Assembly (NCBI GenBank): GCA_965657355.1
Contig: CBFHOE010000007.1
Location: forward strand, 32,001 to 96,000
Origin: Limisphaerales bacterium
GTDB taxonomy: Bacteria > Verrucomicrobiota > Verrucomicrobiia > Limisphaerales > JAJOIW01
Direction: 5' to 3'
Length of the DNA stretch: 64,000 nt
Below the pieces are notes generated by a model that searched no databases, had not been told where the DNA came from, and saw only the letters and a list, made by a program, of their open reading frames with translations. The first letter of the stretch is position 1. Each line of letters begins with the position of its first letter. Shown one piece after another: positions 48,961-57,989 of this stretch. A program made the translations under genes and the position numbers.

Positions 48961-50169
48961 TCAGGTTGTGGGAAGGATGTTTTCGGCAACAGAACTTCTG
49001 TATGCCTTAAATGCTGGAAGTATCCCGGCAAGAATACTGGCAACTGTCATACAAATGGGGACCAGGATTAATGAAGAATGAAAGTACATGATAGAAAGAA
49101 CGATTCCCGTTTTTTCTCTTAAAATCTCACTGCCTATTTGCATCAGTATAGCATAAAAAAGAATTCCTACGAAAGATCCTGCGATTCCAATAAAACCACA
49201 TTCTGAGAGAATTTGAGTCACGACTTTTGATCTACTCGCCCCCAATGCCCTCATGATAGCGATGTCTCTTTTTCTTTCGTTCATCGAATTGTAAACGCTG
49301 GCCAAAACCGAACCAGAAGCAACAAGGCCTACCAGCATTGCAATACCTTGGAGAAGCCGATCAAACCATGAGATCTTATTAAATAATTCTGAGACTATTC
49401 TTGCTACAGGCCAAGCAAGTGTCAGCCGGTTTCCTTGCCTATTATATTTAAGATCGAGCATCTGCCCAACCGTTGGAGAAACAAGTTTCAAAAGAACACC
49501 GGAAATTTGTTCACTTGATTCAACTGAGTGCCCTTTCATATTTTGGACGCCAGTTATTGGTATCCAGACGGCTCTATCTGCTGGCGAATTTGTAGGCTCC
49601 ATAATGCCGGTGACAACATACTCTTCCGAGTGCTGATCTTTTGGATCAAATCGAAGTCCATGGTAGGGCCGAAAAGTACTTCCAACCTTTAACCCTTTGA
49701 CACTCTGAGCAACATAGGAACCTATGACTGCTTCCATTCGGTTTTCACTAAAAGCACGCCCACCTCTTTGTATTTTGAATCCCTCAAGTTTTGGTGCCTC
49801 GTAAGAGCTAAATATGTTTGTCGTTGTGCCAACAATGCGAAATCCGTAAAGATTATCACCTACAGCTATAGGAACAGCTTTTGCTACTCGTTTATCATTT
49901 TTGATGTCGAGATAATCTTGCCAATCGATATTTCCCGGTGATTGTTCCAAATGGTAAAGGCAATTAAGAACAAGCTGCAATTTTGATCCTCGGGCACCAA
50001 GCACAGCGTCATAGCCACTATTTGATTCGGCAAACACTTTTTGTGATTGAGACTGCAGTATCCATACAGTGAGCATAAGTCCTGTAGCGAGAGCGAGAGA
50101 AATAACAGTGACAAATGTTGAGACAGAATGCTGTCTAATACTCTTGAAAACGAGAAACGGAATATTCAT
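48961..50169 (-). CDS. FtsX/MacB-type permease (ZrgC-like)
   Basis: 'DAVLGARGSKLQLVLN.LYH', 'AVPIAVGD', 'HG....DQH', 'SMNERKRDIAIMRALGA'. Confidence 0.88.
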   Translation of the reverse strand: MNIPFLVFKSIRQHSVSTFVTVISLALATGLMLTVWILQSQSQKVFAESNSGYDAVLGARGSKLQLVLNCLYHLEQSPGNIDWQDYLDIKNDKRVAKAVPIAVGDNLYGFRIVGTTTNIFSSYEAPKLEGFKIQRGGRAFSENRMEAVIGSYVAQSVKGLKVGSTFRPYHGLRFDPKDQHSEEYVVTGIMEPTNSPADRAVWIPITGVQNMKGHSVESSEQISGVLLKLVSPTVGQMLDLKYNRQGNRLTLAWPVARIVSELFNKISWFDRLLQGIAMLVGLVASGSVLASVYNSMNERKRDIAIMRALGASRSKVVTQILSECGFIGIAGSFVGILFYAILMQIGSEILREKTGIVLSIMYFHSSLILVPICMTVASILAGILPAFKAYRSSVAENILPTT

Positions 50170-50855
50170 TGTCGCTCCTTCTCCGATTTGGTTTTGACAA
50201 GATTGATGGCGGAAAGATCTAAACTCTGTGAAAACGATGACAGGATTCTTGGATCATGTGAAACCAATAAAAGTGCTGCACCTTCATCTCGACACTGATT
50301 ACGAATGATGCCAAGCGCATTTAGGGCAGAGTCTGGATCTAGGTTTCCAGTGGGCTCATCTGCTATAACAAGGGGCGGTTTATTCACAAGTGCTCTTGCA
50401 ACAGCAACCCGCTGCTGCTGTCCAGTACTCAAAGTGTTTGGCTTGTAGTGCAGGCGGTCGGCCAGGCCCACTCTATTCAGCAACTCCTTGCTTCGAACTT
50501 TATTTGTTCGCCCAGACAGGTATGAGCCCAAGCAAACATTCTCTAAAGCGCTAAACCCCTGCAGCAGGTTGAATGTTTGAAATATGTATCCAATATTTTT
50601 TGCCCTGAACTTATCCCTTTTTGACTCGGAAAGATCAAAAATTGAAGAGCCAGAAATTCTAATTTGACCACTATCTGGTTTTAGAATACCGGCAATGATA
50701 TTTAAGAGCGTTGTTTTACCCGACCCACTCAATCCTTTAATGGCTGTCTCCTGCCCTGGTTCGATTTCGAAATTTGGGATATCTAAGACCAATTTTACTC
50801 TTCCATCAGGATCCGTGAAAGATTTCTTAAGATTTCTGACAGAGAGCAGAGGCAT
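50166..50855 (-). CDS. ABC ATP-binding protein (ZrgB/LolD-like)
   Basis: 'GLSGSGKTT', 'LSTGQQQRVAVARAL', 'ADEPTGNLD'; 4-nt overlap with permease. Confidence 0.93.
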   Translation of the reverse strand: MPLLSVRNLKKSFTDPDGRVKLVLDIPNFEIEPGQETAIKGLSGSGKTTLLNIIAGILKPDSGQIRISGSSIFDLSESKRDKFRAKNIGYIFQTFNLLQGFSALENVCLGSYLSGRTNKVRSKELLNRVGLADRLHYKPNTLSTGQQQRVAVARALVNKPPLVIADEPTGNLDPDSALNALGIIRNQCRDEGAALLLVSHDPRILSSFSQSLDLSAINLVKTKSEKERQ

Positions 50856-50879
50856 GATGATCAGAATTTACCAGATTAA

Positions 50880-51650
50880 TTACCTGCAAATACCTCTTTC
50901 AGATTTTTCCAAAAAATCCACTAAATGGTCAATCTCGGGATTTTTTGGAAGATCGTTGCGCATGGAGTCCAAAGCCTTTTGAACAGTTAGATTGGACCTA
51001 AAAAGAATCTTATAAGCTTCTTTGAGAACATTTTGCGTTTCTGAGGAAATTTTCTTGCGCTCAATCCCTATTTTGTTGAGCCCCGCTGGAATAGGAGGAT
51101 TGCCATTTACTAAGGTGTAGGGGCAAACATCTTGCGAAATCCGGGAGCATCCCCCAACCATTGCCAAGGTTCCAATCCTGCAAAATTGATGAACACCGGT
51201 CATCCCGCCGAACACAGCAAAGTCTTCAACCACCACGTGCCCGGCAAGCCCCGTGCTATTTGACATGATGATATTATTTCCTATCTGGCAGTTGTGGGCA
51301 ACGTGGCAGTAGGCTAGTAAATTATTGTTCGAACCAACAGATGTGATTTCCCCCTCACCTGTTGCACTATGGATGGTGACTGACTCGCGGATAACATTGT
51401 TGTCCCCGATTTTCGTAAAGGTCTTACCACCTTGCCATTTAAGGTCTTGTGTCCTCAAACCAATACTCGCAAAGGGAAAAATTTCATTTCCTGAACCGAG
51501 TTCTGTATGTCCGTCTATGGCAACATGAGAATGAAGTTTGGTATTGGGCCCCATTTTTACATTTGAGCCAATGACACAGTAAGGGCCGATTTCGCAAGAG
51601 TCAGGTATCTCGGCACCTGATTGAATGATAGCGGTTGGATGAATCATCAT
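50880..51650 (-). CDS. lpxA: UDP-N-acetylglucosamine O-acyltransferase
   Basis: 'IHPTAII', hexapeptide repeats, 'QDLK', 'HVAHNC', 'LAGHV', 'VHQFCRIG'. Confidence 0.96.
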   Translation of the reverse strand: MMIHPTAIIQSGAEIPDSCEIGPYCVIGSNVKMGPNTKLHSHVAIDGHTELGSGNEIFPFASIGLRTQDLKWQGGKTFTKIGDNNVIRESVTIHSATGEGEITSVGSNNNLLAYCHVAHNCQIGNNIIMSNSTGLAGHVVVEDFAVFGGMTGVHQFCRIGTLAMVGGCSRISQDVCPYTLVNGNPPIPAGLNKIGIERKKISSETQNVLKEAYKILFRSNLTVQKALDSMRNDLPKNPEIDHLVDFLEKSERGICR

Positions 51651-51653
51651 GCT

Positions 51654-52130
51654 CTATCTCGTATCCAACATAAATGTCACATCTCCTTCGGAGACAAGAA
51701 CATCATTTACGAAGCAACTACCAGCACCGCGGGCGATTTTTCCTTTCAGTCTGGTTAGTTTAAACTCAACTCTTAATTGATCACCGGGGACAACAGGTTT
51801 TCTAAATTTAACTTTATCCGCCGACATGAAATAGGCGATAGCACCCGGCAAATCACATTTCACCGATGTTAAAATGCCACCAACCTGAGCCATCGCTTCC
51901 AACTGCAAAACACCCGGCATAACTGGGGCACCCGGAAAATGACCTTGAAAAATACCTTCGTTGATAGTGACGTTCTTAATCGCCACAATTTTATCTTCGG
52001 AAATTTCTAACACCCTATCTACCATGAGCATTGGATACCGATGGGGAAGTGTTTCCAAGATTTTCTCAATGCCCATTTCCGACTTTTCCCCGGAACTTTT
52101 TAGTTTTTCTTCTGTTTCAACATTCGACAT
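51654..52130 (-). CDS. fabZ: 3-hydroxyacyl-ACP dehydratase
   Basis: 'LPHRYPMLMVDRV', 'KNVTINE..FQGHFP..PVMPGVL.LEAMAQ'. Confidence 0.97.
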   Translation of the reverse strand: MSNVETEEKLKSSGEKSEMGIEKILETLPHRYPMLMVDRVLEISEDKIVAIKNVTINEGIFQGHFPGAPVMPGVLQLEAMAQVGGILTSVKCDLPGAIAYFMSADKVKFRKPVVPGDQLRVEFKLTRLKGKIARGAGSCFVNDVLVSEGDVTFMLDTR

Positions 52131-52164
52131 TCAGTCAGCCTTGTATGAGATGATTATGATTATT

Positions 52165-53025
52165 TTATTCGGTGAGTTGTGCGGTCGTCTGTATACCTTC
52201 CATTATTTTCTGTGCCATAAGGCAATTTGCGGAATGGCCAGGTTTAATGGCTATAAAATGCCCTTTTAAGGGCCTTCCAACAAGAGATAAATCGCCCAAA
52301 ATGTCTAACATTTTGTGCCGAACAAACTCATTTTGATAACGCATAGGTTCTGTAGTCATAATGGCATCTTCGCGGATAATAACTGCATTTTGGAGTGATC
52401 CGCCTTGAATAAGACCGTGCTTGAAAAGTTGCTCCAATTCCTCAAAAAAACAAAACGTGCGCGCCTTGGACAGGTCTTTTATCCATGTATCTTTGGTGAT
52501 CTCTAGGGATTCAAACTGTGTAAATCGACCCATTTTATCCGCACTCGTACAGGAAATTTTCAACCCGTCGTATGGTAATGCCACCATCAATGTTTCCTCT
52601 AGATCAATATGGATTGGATGAGAAATGGCACAATCTTTAATATTTTCAGATAAATCCTCTATACCTGCTTCCTCCACCATTTTGTTGTAAACAGCGGAAC
52701 TCCCATCAGCAATAGGAGGCTCAGGGGCGCAGAGATCGATCACAAGGTTGTCGATGCCATATCCAGCTAAAGTGGCTAAGACGTGCTCGACAGTATGAAC
52801 ATGCACATCTCCTTTGGAAATAGTTGTTGAACGATTCGTTTGGGTCACAAACTCAACAGAAGCTGGAATTTCTGGTCGCTCCTCCAAATCGATGCGCCGA
52901 AATTTTATGCCGGAATTATCTGGTGCGGGCCTGAAGGTCATTTCCACCTCGTGCCCACTATGTAGGCCAATGCCGCTAAGCGAGATAGATTTCTGGATCG
53001 TTCTCTGTTTTCGCACGGTTATCAT
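52165..53025 (-). CDS. lpxC: UDP-3-O-acyl-GlcNAc deacetylase
   Basis: 'QRTI', 'GIGLHSG', 'TVEHVLA', 'ARTF', 'EFVRHKMLDILGDL', 'GH'. Confidence 0.96.
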   Translation of the reverse strand: MITVRKQRTIQKSISLSGIGLHSGHEVEMTFRPAPDNSGIKFRRIDLEERPEIPASVEFVTQTNRSTTISKGDVHVHTVEHVLATLAGYGIDNLVIDLCAPEPPIADGSSAVYNKMVEEAGIEDLSENIKDCAISHPIHIDLEETLMVALPYDGLKISCTSADKMGRFTQFESLEITKDTWIKDLSKARTFCFFEELEQLFKHGLIQGGSLQNAVIIREDAIMTTEPMRYQNEFVRHKMLDILGDLSLVGRPLKGHFIAIKPGHSANCLMAQKIMEGIQTTAQLTE

Positions 53026-53109
53026 AATACTATTAAACCAGGGGATGTTAAATCGTTATCTTTTATCAAAATATTTTTCTATTGAAATGATGACTTCAGG
53101 CGAGGCAAA

Positions 53110-54513
53110 GTGAATTTAGTTACTCCAATGATGATAGTCGGAATTGAAGAAAAATTATCGCTAGACCCACAATTTAAACCAGCAATCCTTGCTTGGGATA
53201 AATGGAAAAAAGAATGTCTGGGTGGCCAAACCACGGAGACGGCAAAAATAAATCTGTCCAGGAATGATAATTCATTAACGTATTGGGAAATCCCGCTGAA
53301 AACCCCTGCTAAAGATTTCCTTAAAGAAAACGTAACCACATTAAAATTAATCATTAAATCACTCTTGTGGTCTCGAGGGGGTTACAAAATTTCGTTGGAG
53401 TGCCCGGATATCATCCTTGACGCTCTTAGGGATCACTACGAGGTAGACGCTTTGGCCCAATTTGATAAGGACATGATGGGGAATAAGATTTATTTGTCCG
53501 ATTTCCTGGTTGCCAAAGGTTTAAAATCATCAACTAGCCTCGAATCTTCAGCCCCTATCGGAAAAAATCTGGATGGCTGCCGCATAGGTTTTGACCTTGG
53601 TGCGAGCGACAGAAAAGTCGCAGCACTTATCGACGGCGAGGTCGTATTTAGCGAGGAAACAGTCTGGAGCCCCGTGGAACAAAGTGATCCAGCATGGCAT
53701 TTCAATGAAATAATGGATTCACTAAATAAGGCGGCCGCAAAACTTCCACGAGTCGATGCCATTGGCGGCTCATCAGCAGGCGTCTATGTGGACAATGAGG
53801 TTCGTGTCGCCTCGTTATTCAGGAGCGTGCCCAAGGAACTTTTCAATTCGGATGTCAGACCTATTTTTAAAAACATTCAAAAAGAATGGGGAGGAATACC
53901 TTTTCAAATAATAAACGATGGTGCGGTGACGGCCCTGGCAGGTTCCATGGCTCTCGGAGAGAATGGTGTTTTAGGTATCGCCATGGGGTCAAGCATGGCA
54001 TGCGGGTACGTCGATAAATCAGGAAAAATTAATCCTTGGCTCGATGAATTAGCTTTCTGCCCTATTGATTGGGGCGAAGACGCTCACATTGATGAATGGT
54101 CCAAGGCCCCCGGATGTGGGGTACAATATTTTTCACAACAAGCTGTGGGTCGGCTTTTGAAACCAGCAGGTATAGATTTACCGGGTAATCTAGGGTTACC
54201 CGCTAAGTTGGTCGAGGTTCAAAAATTGATGGAAGCCGGCGACCAAAGAGCCACAGAGATATATAAAACCATCGGCACCTACTTGGGCTACACCATTCCT
54301 TATTATGATGATTTCTACGACTTTGATTACCTTCTTATTCTAGGACGCGTCATGACAGGTTTAGGGGGAGACATTATCCTAGATACGGCGCGTGAGATAT
54401 TGGACAAGAACTTTGCTGATATCTCTCAAAGACTGAAATTCCACGTTCCCGGGGAAAGAGAAAAGAGACATGGTCAAGCGATTGCAGCGGCTAGCTTACC
54501 CAAACTGAAATAA
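53110..54513 (+). CDS. ROK family protein (probable sugar kinase) with N-terminal extension
   Basis: 'IGFDLGASD', 'IGGSSAG', 'INDGAVTALAG', 'GIAMGSS..CGYV'. Confidence 0.8.
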   Translation: MNLVTPMMIVGIEEKLSLDPQFKPAILAWDKWKKECLGGQTTETAKINLSRNDNSLTYWEIPLKTPAKDFLKENVTTLKLIIKSLLWSRGGYKISLECPDIILDALRDHYEVDALAQFDKDMMGNKIYLSDFLVAKGLKSSTSLESSAPIGKNLDGCRIGFDLGASDRKVAALIDGEVVFSEETVWSPVEQSDPAWHFNEIMDSLNKAAAKLPRVDAIGGSSAGVYVDNEVRVASLFRSVPKELFNSDVRPIFKNIQKEWGGIPFQIINDGAVTALAGSMALGENGVLGIAMGSSMACGYVDKSGKINPWLDELAFCPIDWGEDAHIDEWSKAPGCGVQYFSQQAVGRLLKPAGIDLPGNLGLPAKLVEVQKLMEAGDQRATEIYKTIGTYLGYTIPYYDDFYDFDYLLILGRVMTGLGGDIILDTAREILDKNFADISQRLKFHVPGEREKRHGQAIAAASLPKLK

Positions 54514-54559
54514 TCACCGCGAATACTTGTTTGAAGTAGTCGGCAACTAGAAGAATCAT

Positions 54560-55426
54560 ATGAATCCCTATCAAAACTTAGTCGAAAAAATCGCAGCTTT
54601 AGTTGAAAATGGAAATAAGCTTCCGCTTGGTGAGTTTACCATTGAAGAACGAGAGCCACAGGCAGATGGTGCCCCGGTGGCTATGATTTTGTCACCACAC
54701 CCAGATGATGAGTGCATTATCGGCGGGCTTCCGTTGAGATTACAAAGAGAGAACGGCTATCGAGTCATAAATGTTGCTGTCACCCAGGGGTCGCATCCCG
54801 AGCGCCAAATCCCCAGATTGGAGGAACTCATACCCGCTTGCAAGTATCTCAACTTTGAGTTGGTGCAAACTGATCCACGTGGGTTGTCGAGAATAAAACC
54901 GGAAGTTAGAGAAAGCGACCCTTGCTATTGGTCGAAGGCGACAGAAATAACCAAAGGTATCATCGAAAAATATAATCCTAAAATCATTCTTTTCCCGCAT
55001 GAATTGGATCAAAACAGTGGCCATGTAGGTGTCAACCTTTTAGCATTTGATGCCTTAAAAGCCTGCGATGATTCTATCAGCCCTGTTATTTGCGAAACAG
55101 AATTCTGGAGCCCCATGAGAGACCCAAATCTTCTCATGGAAATCTCTAATAAAGAACTAACAGACATGCTTACGGCGCTTTCATTTCACGTAGGTGAAGT
55201 CAAAAGAAATCCCTACCATATTCGCACCCCCATGTGGATGGTCGATAATGTAAGAAGAGGAGGAGAAATTGTAGGAAAGCAAGGCGGTACTCCGCCAGAT
55301 TTCACCTATGGCGTCATTTACCGTTTGTCACAATGGAACAAAAATCAAAAAAACAATTTTCTTGATGAAGGGGTGTTCATTTCTGCCCATGAAGATATCT
55401 GCCAATTGATACCCGGGTTGAGCTAA
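54560..55426 (+). CDS. PIG-L/LmbE family deacetylase
   Basis: 'SPHPDDE', 'VTQGS', 'R.EEL', 'PH..D...GH'. Confidence 0.88.
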   Translation: MNPYQNLVEKIAALVENGNKLPLGEFTIEEREPQADGAPVAMILSPHPDDECIIGGLPLRLQRENGYRVINVAVTQGSHPERQIPRLEELIPACKYLNFELVQTDPRGLSRIKPEVRESDPCYWSKATEITKGIIEKYNPKIILFPHELDQNSGHVGVNLLAFDALKACDDSISPVICETEFWSPMRDPNLLMEISNKELTDMLTALSFHVGEVKRNPYHIRTPMWMVDNVRRGGEIVGKQGGTPPDFTYGVIYRLSQWNKNQKNNFLDEGVFISAHEDICQLIPGLS

Positions 55427-55792
55427 AACTCAATTCGATATAGGTCTCTCGAGATTGCCTTCACCGTTCAATCGGATAATCCCTCTCCAGAAAGCGGGAG
55501 GACAACATGCTTTAACTTAGACCTAAAAAATGAGGCGACGAGTCATAGTGGACGGTATACTGACCCTAACCCTTAATAGAAAGTTTACAGAGAAAGGGAC
55601 AAGTTCAGTGGTTAACTTTTTTCCTATAAACTAAATTGGGATGTGTATGTTTCGACATTCTAGGGCCCTAGGGCCTAATTTTTCAAACGAGAAGGAATTG
55701 ACGGTTTGGATCTCTCACGTGACGGACATCGCATTTTGAAAATTAAATTGGGATGTTTTGGAGTGCGAATAAAAATAGACTAAGATGAGTCT

Positions 55793-56290
55793 ATGACTTT
55801 CTTATCAAAGCACAGACAGGTTGTCGGACTGTTTTTTTGGCTTTTAATAAGCTTTACGGCGGCTTTCATCGGGGCGACAGCAACCATGCAAGCAAAGTCA
55901 TTTTACAACCAACTCACACAACCAGTGTTTGCTCCACCGTCATGGGTTTTTGGCCCGGTATGGAGTGTTTTGTATACAATGATGGGAGTTGCAGCTTGGT
56001 TGGTTTGGCGTTCCGGTGGGTTTAAGCAGAACCAAATTTCTCTATTATTGTTTTTTGCTCAGTTAGCTTTTAATTCCATATGGAGTTGGCTATTTTTCGC
56101 TTGGTCATTAGGTTTGATAGCTTTTGTCGAAATCTTATTTTTATGGATTCTTATTCTTTCAACTCTGGTTACTTTCTGGAGAACGCATACCATGGCTGGC
56201 TTACTCCTGATTCCTTATTTATTGTGGGTCAGCTTTGCTGCGTTTTTAAATTATTTCCTATGGAAACTTAATCCGAAAATACTGGGCTAA
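55793..56290 (+). CDS. tspO: TspO/MBR tryptophan-rich sensory protein
   Basis: 'Y..L..P.FAPPSWVFGPVW..LY..MG', 'N..WS.LFF', 'LIPYLLWVSFA..LN'. Confidence 0.96.
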   Translation: MTFLSKHRQVVGLFFWLLISFTAAFIGATATMQAKSFYNQLTQPVFAPPSWVFGPVWSVLYTMMGVAAWLVWRSGGFKQNQISLLLFFAQLAFNSIWSWLFFAWSLGLIAFVEILFLWILILSTLVTFWRTHTMAGLLLIPYLLWVSFAAFLNYFLWKLNPKILG

Positions 56291-56367
56291 GAAATTATTA
56301 TCCTATAAACCCATGAGAATTTAAATGTTGTACACCACAATAACTGTAAAAAATTACCGAAAGATTA

Positions 56368-57180
56368 TTGATGCAAAATACAGCACGTAGAACATTGATA
56401 TTTTTTATTTTTTTCTCAATCTCGGCCATTTCTATTTCGAGTCCATTGAAGAAAAAGCTCCCTGTAGAGGGAGGTGTGGTATTCCGCATAGAAAATCGCA
56501 CAGCCTTTCTTATAAAGCCCAAAGCGAGCAATTCTAATTTACTGACACCATGGGTATTGTATGCCCCAACTTTGAGAGGCCTTCCGGGAAATGCGGAGAA
56601 TTGGATGTTCAATCGATTTCTGGAAAAAGGAATTGCCATCGCCGGAATTGATGTGGGCGAATCATATGGAAGCCCTGAAGGCAGAAAACTTTATACCAGC
56701 TTATACAATGAGCTCATTCATAAACACGGATTGTCCCGAAAAGTATCGCTACTAGCACGAAGCCGAGGTGGTTTAATGCTATACAACTGGGCCGCTGAAA
56801 ACCCAAAAATAATTGCATGCATAGCCGGAATTTACCCTGTTTGTAATCTGGAAAGTTATCCGGGCTTAAAGCGTGCTGCTGGTGCGTATAGGATGACACA
56901 TGATGAGCTTAGGGCGAATCTAAGCCGCCATAACCCCGTAGATAATTTAATTCCTCTAGCCAAAGCAAAAGTTCCCATATTTCATATCCACGGTAATGTA
57001 GATAAAGTCGTGCCCATTGAAGACAATTCTCTTTTAGTCAAAAGAAGGTATGAAAAACTCAGTGGCACAATGGACCTCGAGATAATTGATGGGCAAGGTC
57101 ACAACATGTGGTCTGGCTGGTTTACAAGTCAAAGGCTGGTGGATTTCGTCATCAATCACAGTACGCCTAAAAATCTTTAA
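56368..57180 (+). CDS. Secreted alpha/beta hydrolase
   Basis: Signal peptide, 'PWVLYAP', nucleophile elbow 'ARSRGG', 'HG..D.VVP', 'GQGH'. Confidence 0.85.
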   Translation: MMQNTARRTLIFFIFFSISAISISSPLKKKLPVEGGVVFRIENRTAFLIKPKASNSNLLTPWVLYAPTLRGLPGNAENWMFNRFLEKGIAIAGIDVGESYGSPEGRKLYTSLYNELIHKHGLSRKVSLLARSRGGLMLYNWAAENPKIIACIAGIYPVCNLESYPGLKRAAGAYRMTHDELRANLSRHNPVDNLIPLAKAKVPIFHIHGNVDKVVPIEDNSLLVKRRYEKLSGTMDLEIIDGQGHNMWSGWFTSQRLVDFVINHSTPKNL

Positions 57181-57182
57181 CG

Positions 57183-57956
57183 ATGTCGGACAATTTAAAC
57201 CACTTATTATCAAATCGTAATCCCGCCGTGATCGAAAACAGGCATGGAAAAAGCCCAGTTCTTTTAATCTGTGAACACGCAGGGCGGCTCCTTCCAAAAT
57301 CTCATGGTTTACTTGGAATTAACGAGACTGAAATGGCGAGCCACATTGCATGGGATATTGGAGCGGCCCAGCTTGCAAAAAGGCTCTCTAGAAAATTAAA
57401 TGCTACACTGGTTATGCAGGCCTATTCTCGATTGTTTTTTGATTGCAATAGAAGTCTAGATGCGCCAGACGCGATTGTTACGGAATCAGATGGAATCATT
57501 ATTCCCAAAAACCAAAATTTGTCGAAGGCACAAAGAACAGAGCGGCGCGATCTAATATACACGCCATTTCACCAAAGTATATTAGATGTCATCGATGAAA
57601 GATTAAAAAAAGGCGAAAAAACAGTTATCGTAACCATTCACAGCTTCACATCATTTTACAGAGGTAAAAAGAGAGACTTAGATTTTGGAATTATTCATGA
57701 CGGATATCTAGAGTTAGCTCAAGCATTGCAAAAAACAGCCATCTTAGATAAGGATTACATTTGTGCTTTAAACGAACCTTATTCCGCTAAAGACGGAGTC
57801 ACACATACACTAAAAACACACGGCGAAAGCCGCAAACTACCTAATGTCATGCTCGAAATATGCAATGACTTGATAGGCACACACCAAGGTCAGGCTATCT
57901 GGGCAGATAGCCTGGAAAGATTAATTACGTGCTCGCTAAGTAAGATCATTGGTTAA
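57183..57956 (+). CDS. N-formylglutamate amidohydrolase family (probable gamma-glutamyl-glycine amidohydrolase)
   Basis: 'ICEHAG', 'HIAWDIGA', 'YSRL..DCNR', 'IHSFT', 'NEPYS', 'MLEI'. Confidence 0.9.
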   Translation: MSDNLNHLLSNRNPAVIENRHGKSPVLLICEHAGRLLPKSHGLLGINETEMASHIAWDIGAAQLAKRLSRKLNATLVMQAYSRLFFDCNRSLDAPDAIVTESDGIIIPKNQNLSKAQRTERRDLIYTPFHQSILDVIDERLKKGEKTVIVTIHSFTSFYRGKKRDLDFGIIHDGYLELAQALQKTAILDKDYICALNEPYSAKDGVTHTLKTHGESRKLPNVMLEICNDLIGTHQGQAIWADSLERLITCSLSKIIG

Positions 57957-57989
57957 GGGCGATTAATACAGCGTGAAGGACTAAGAATT

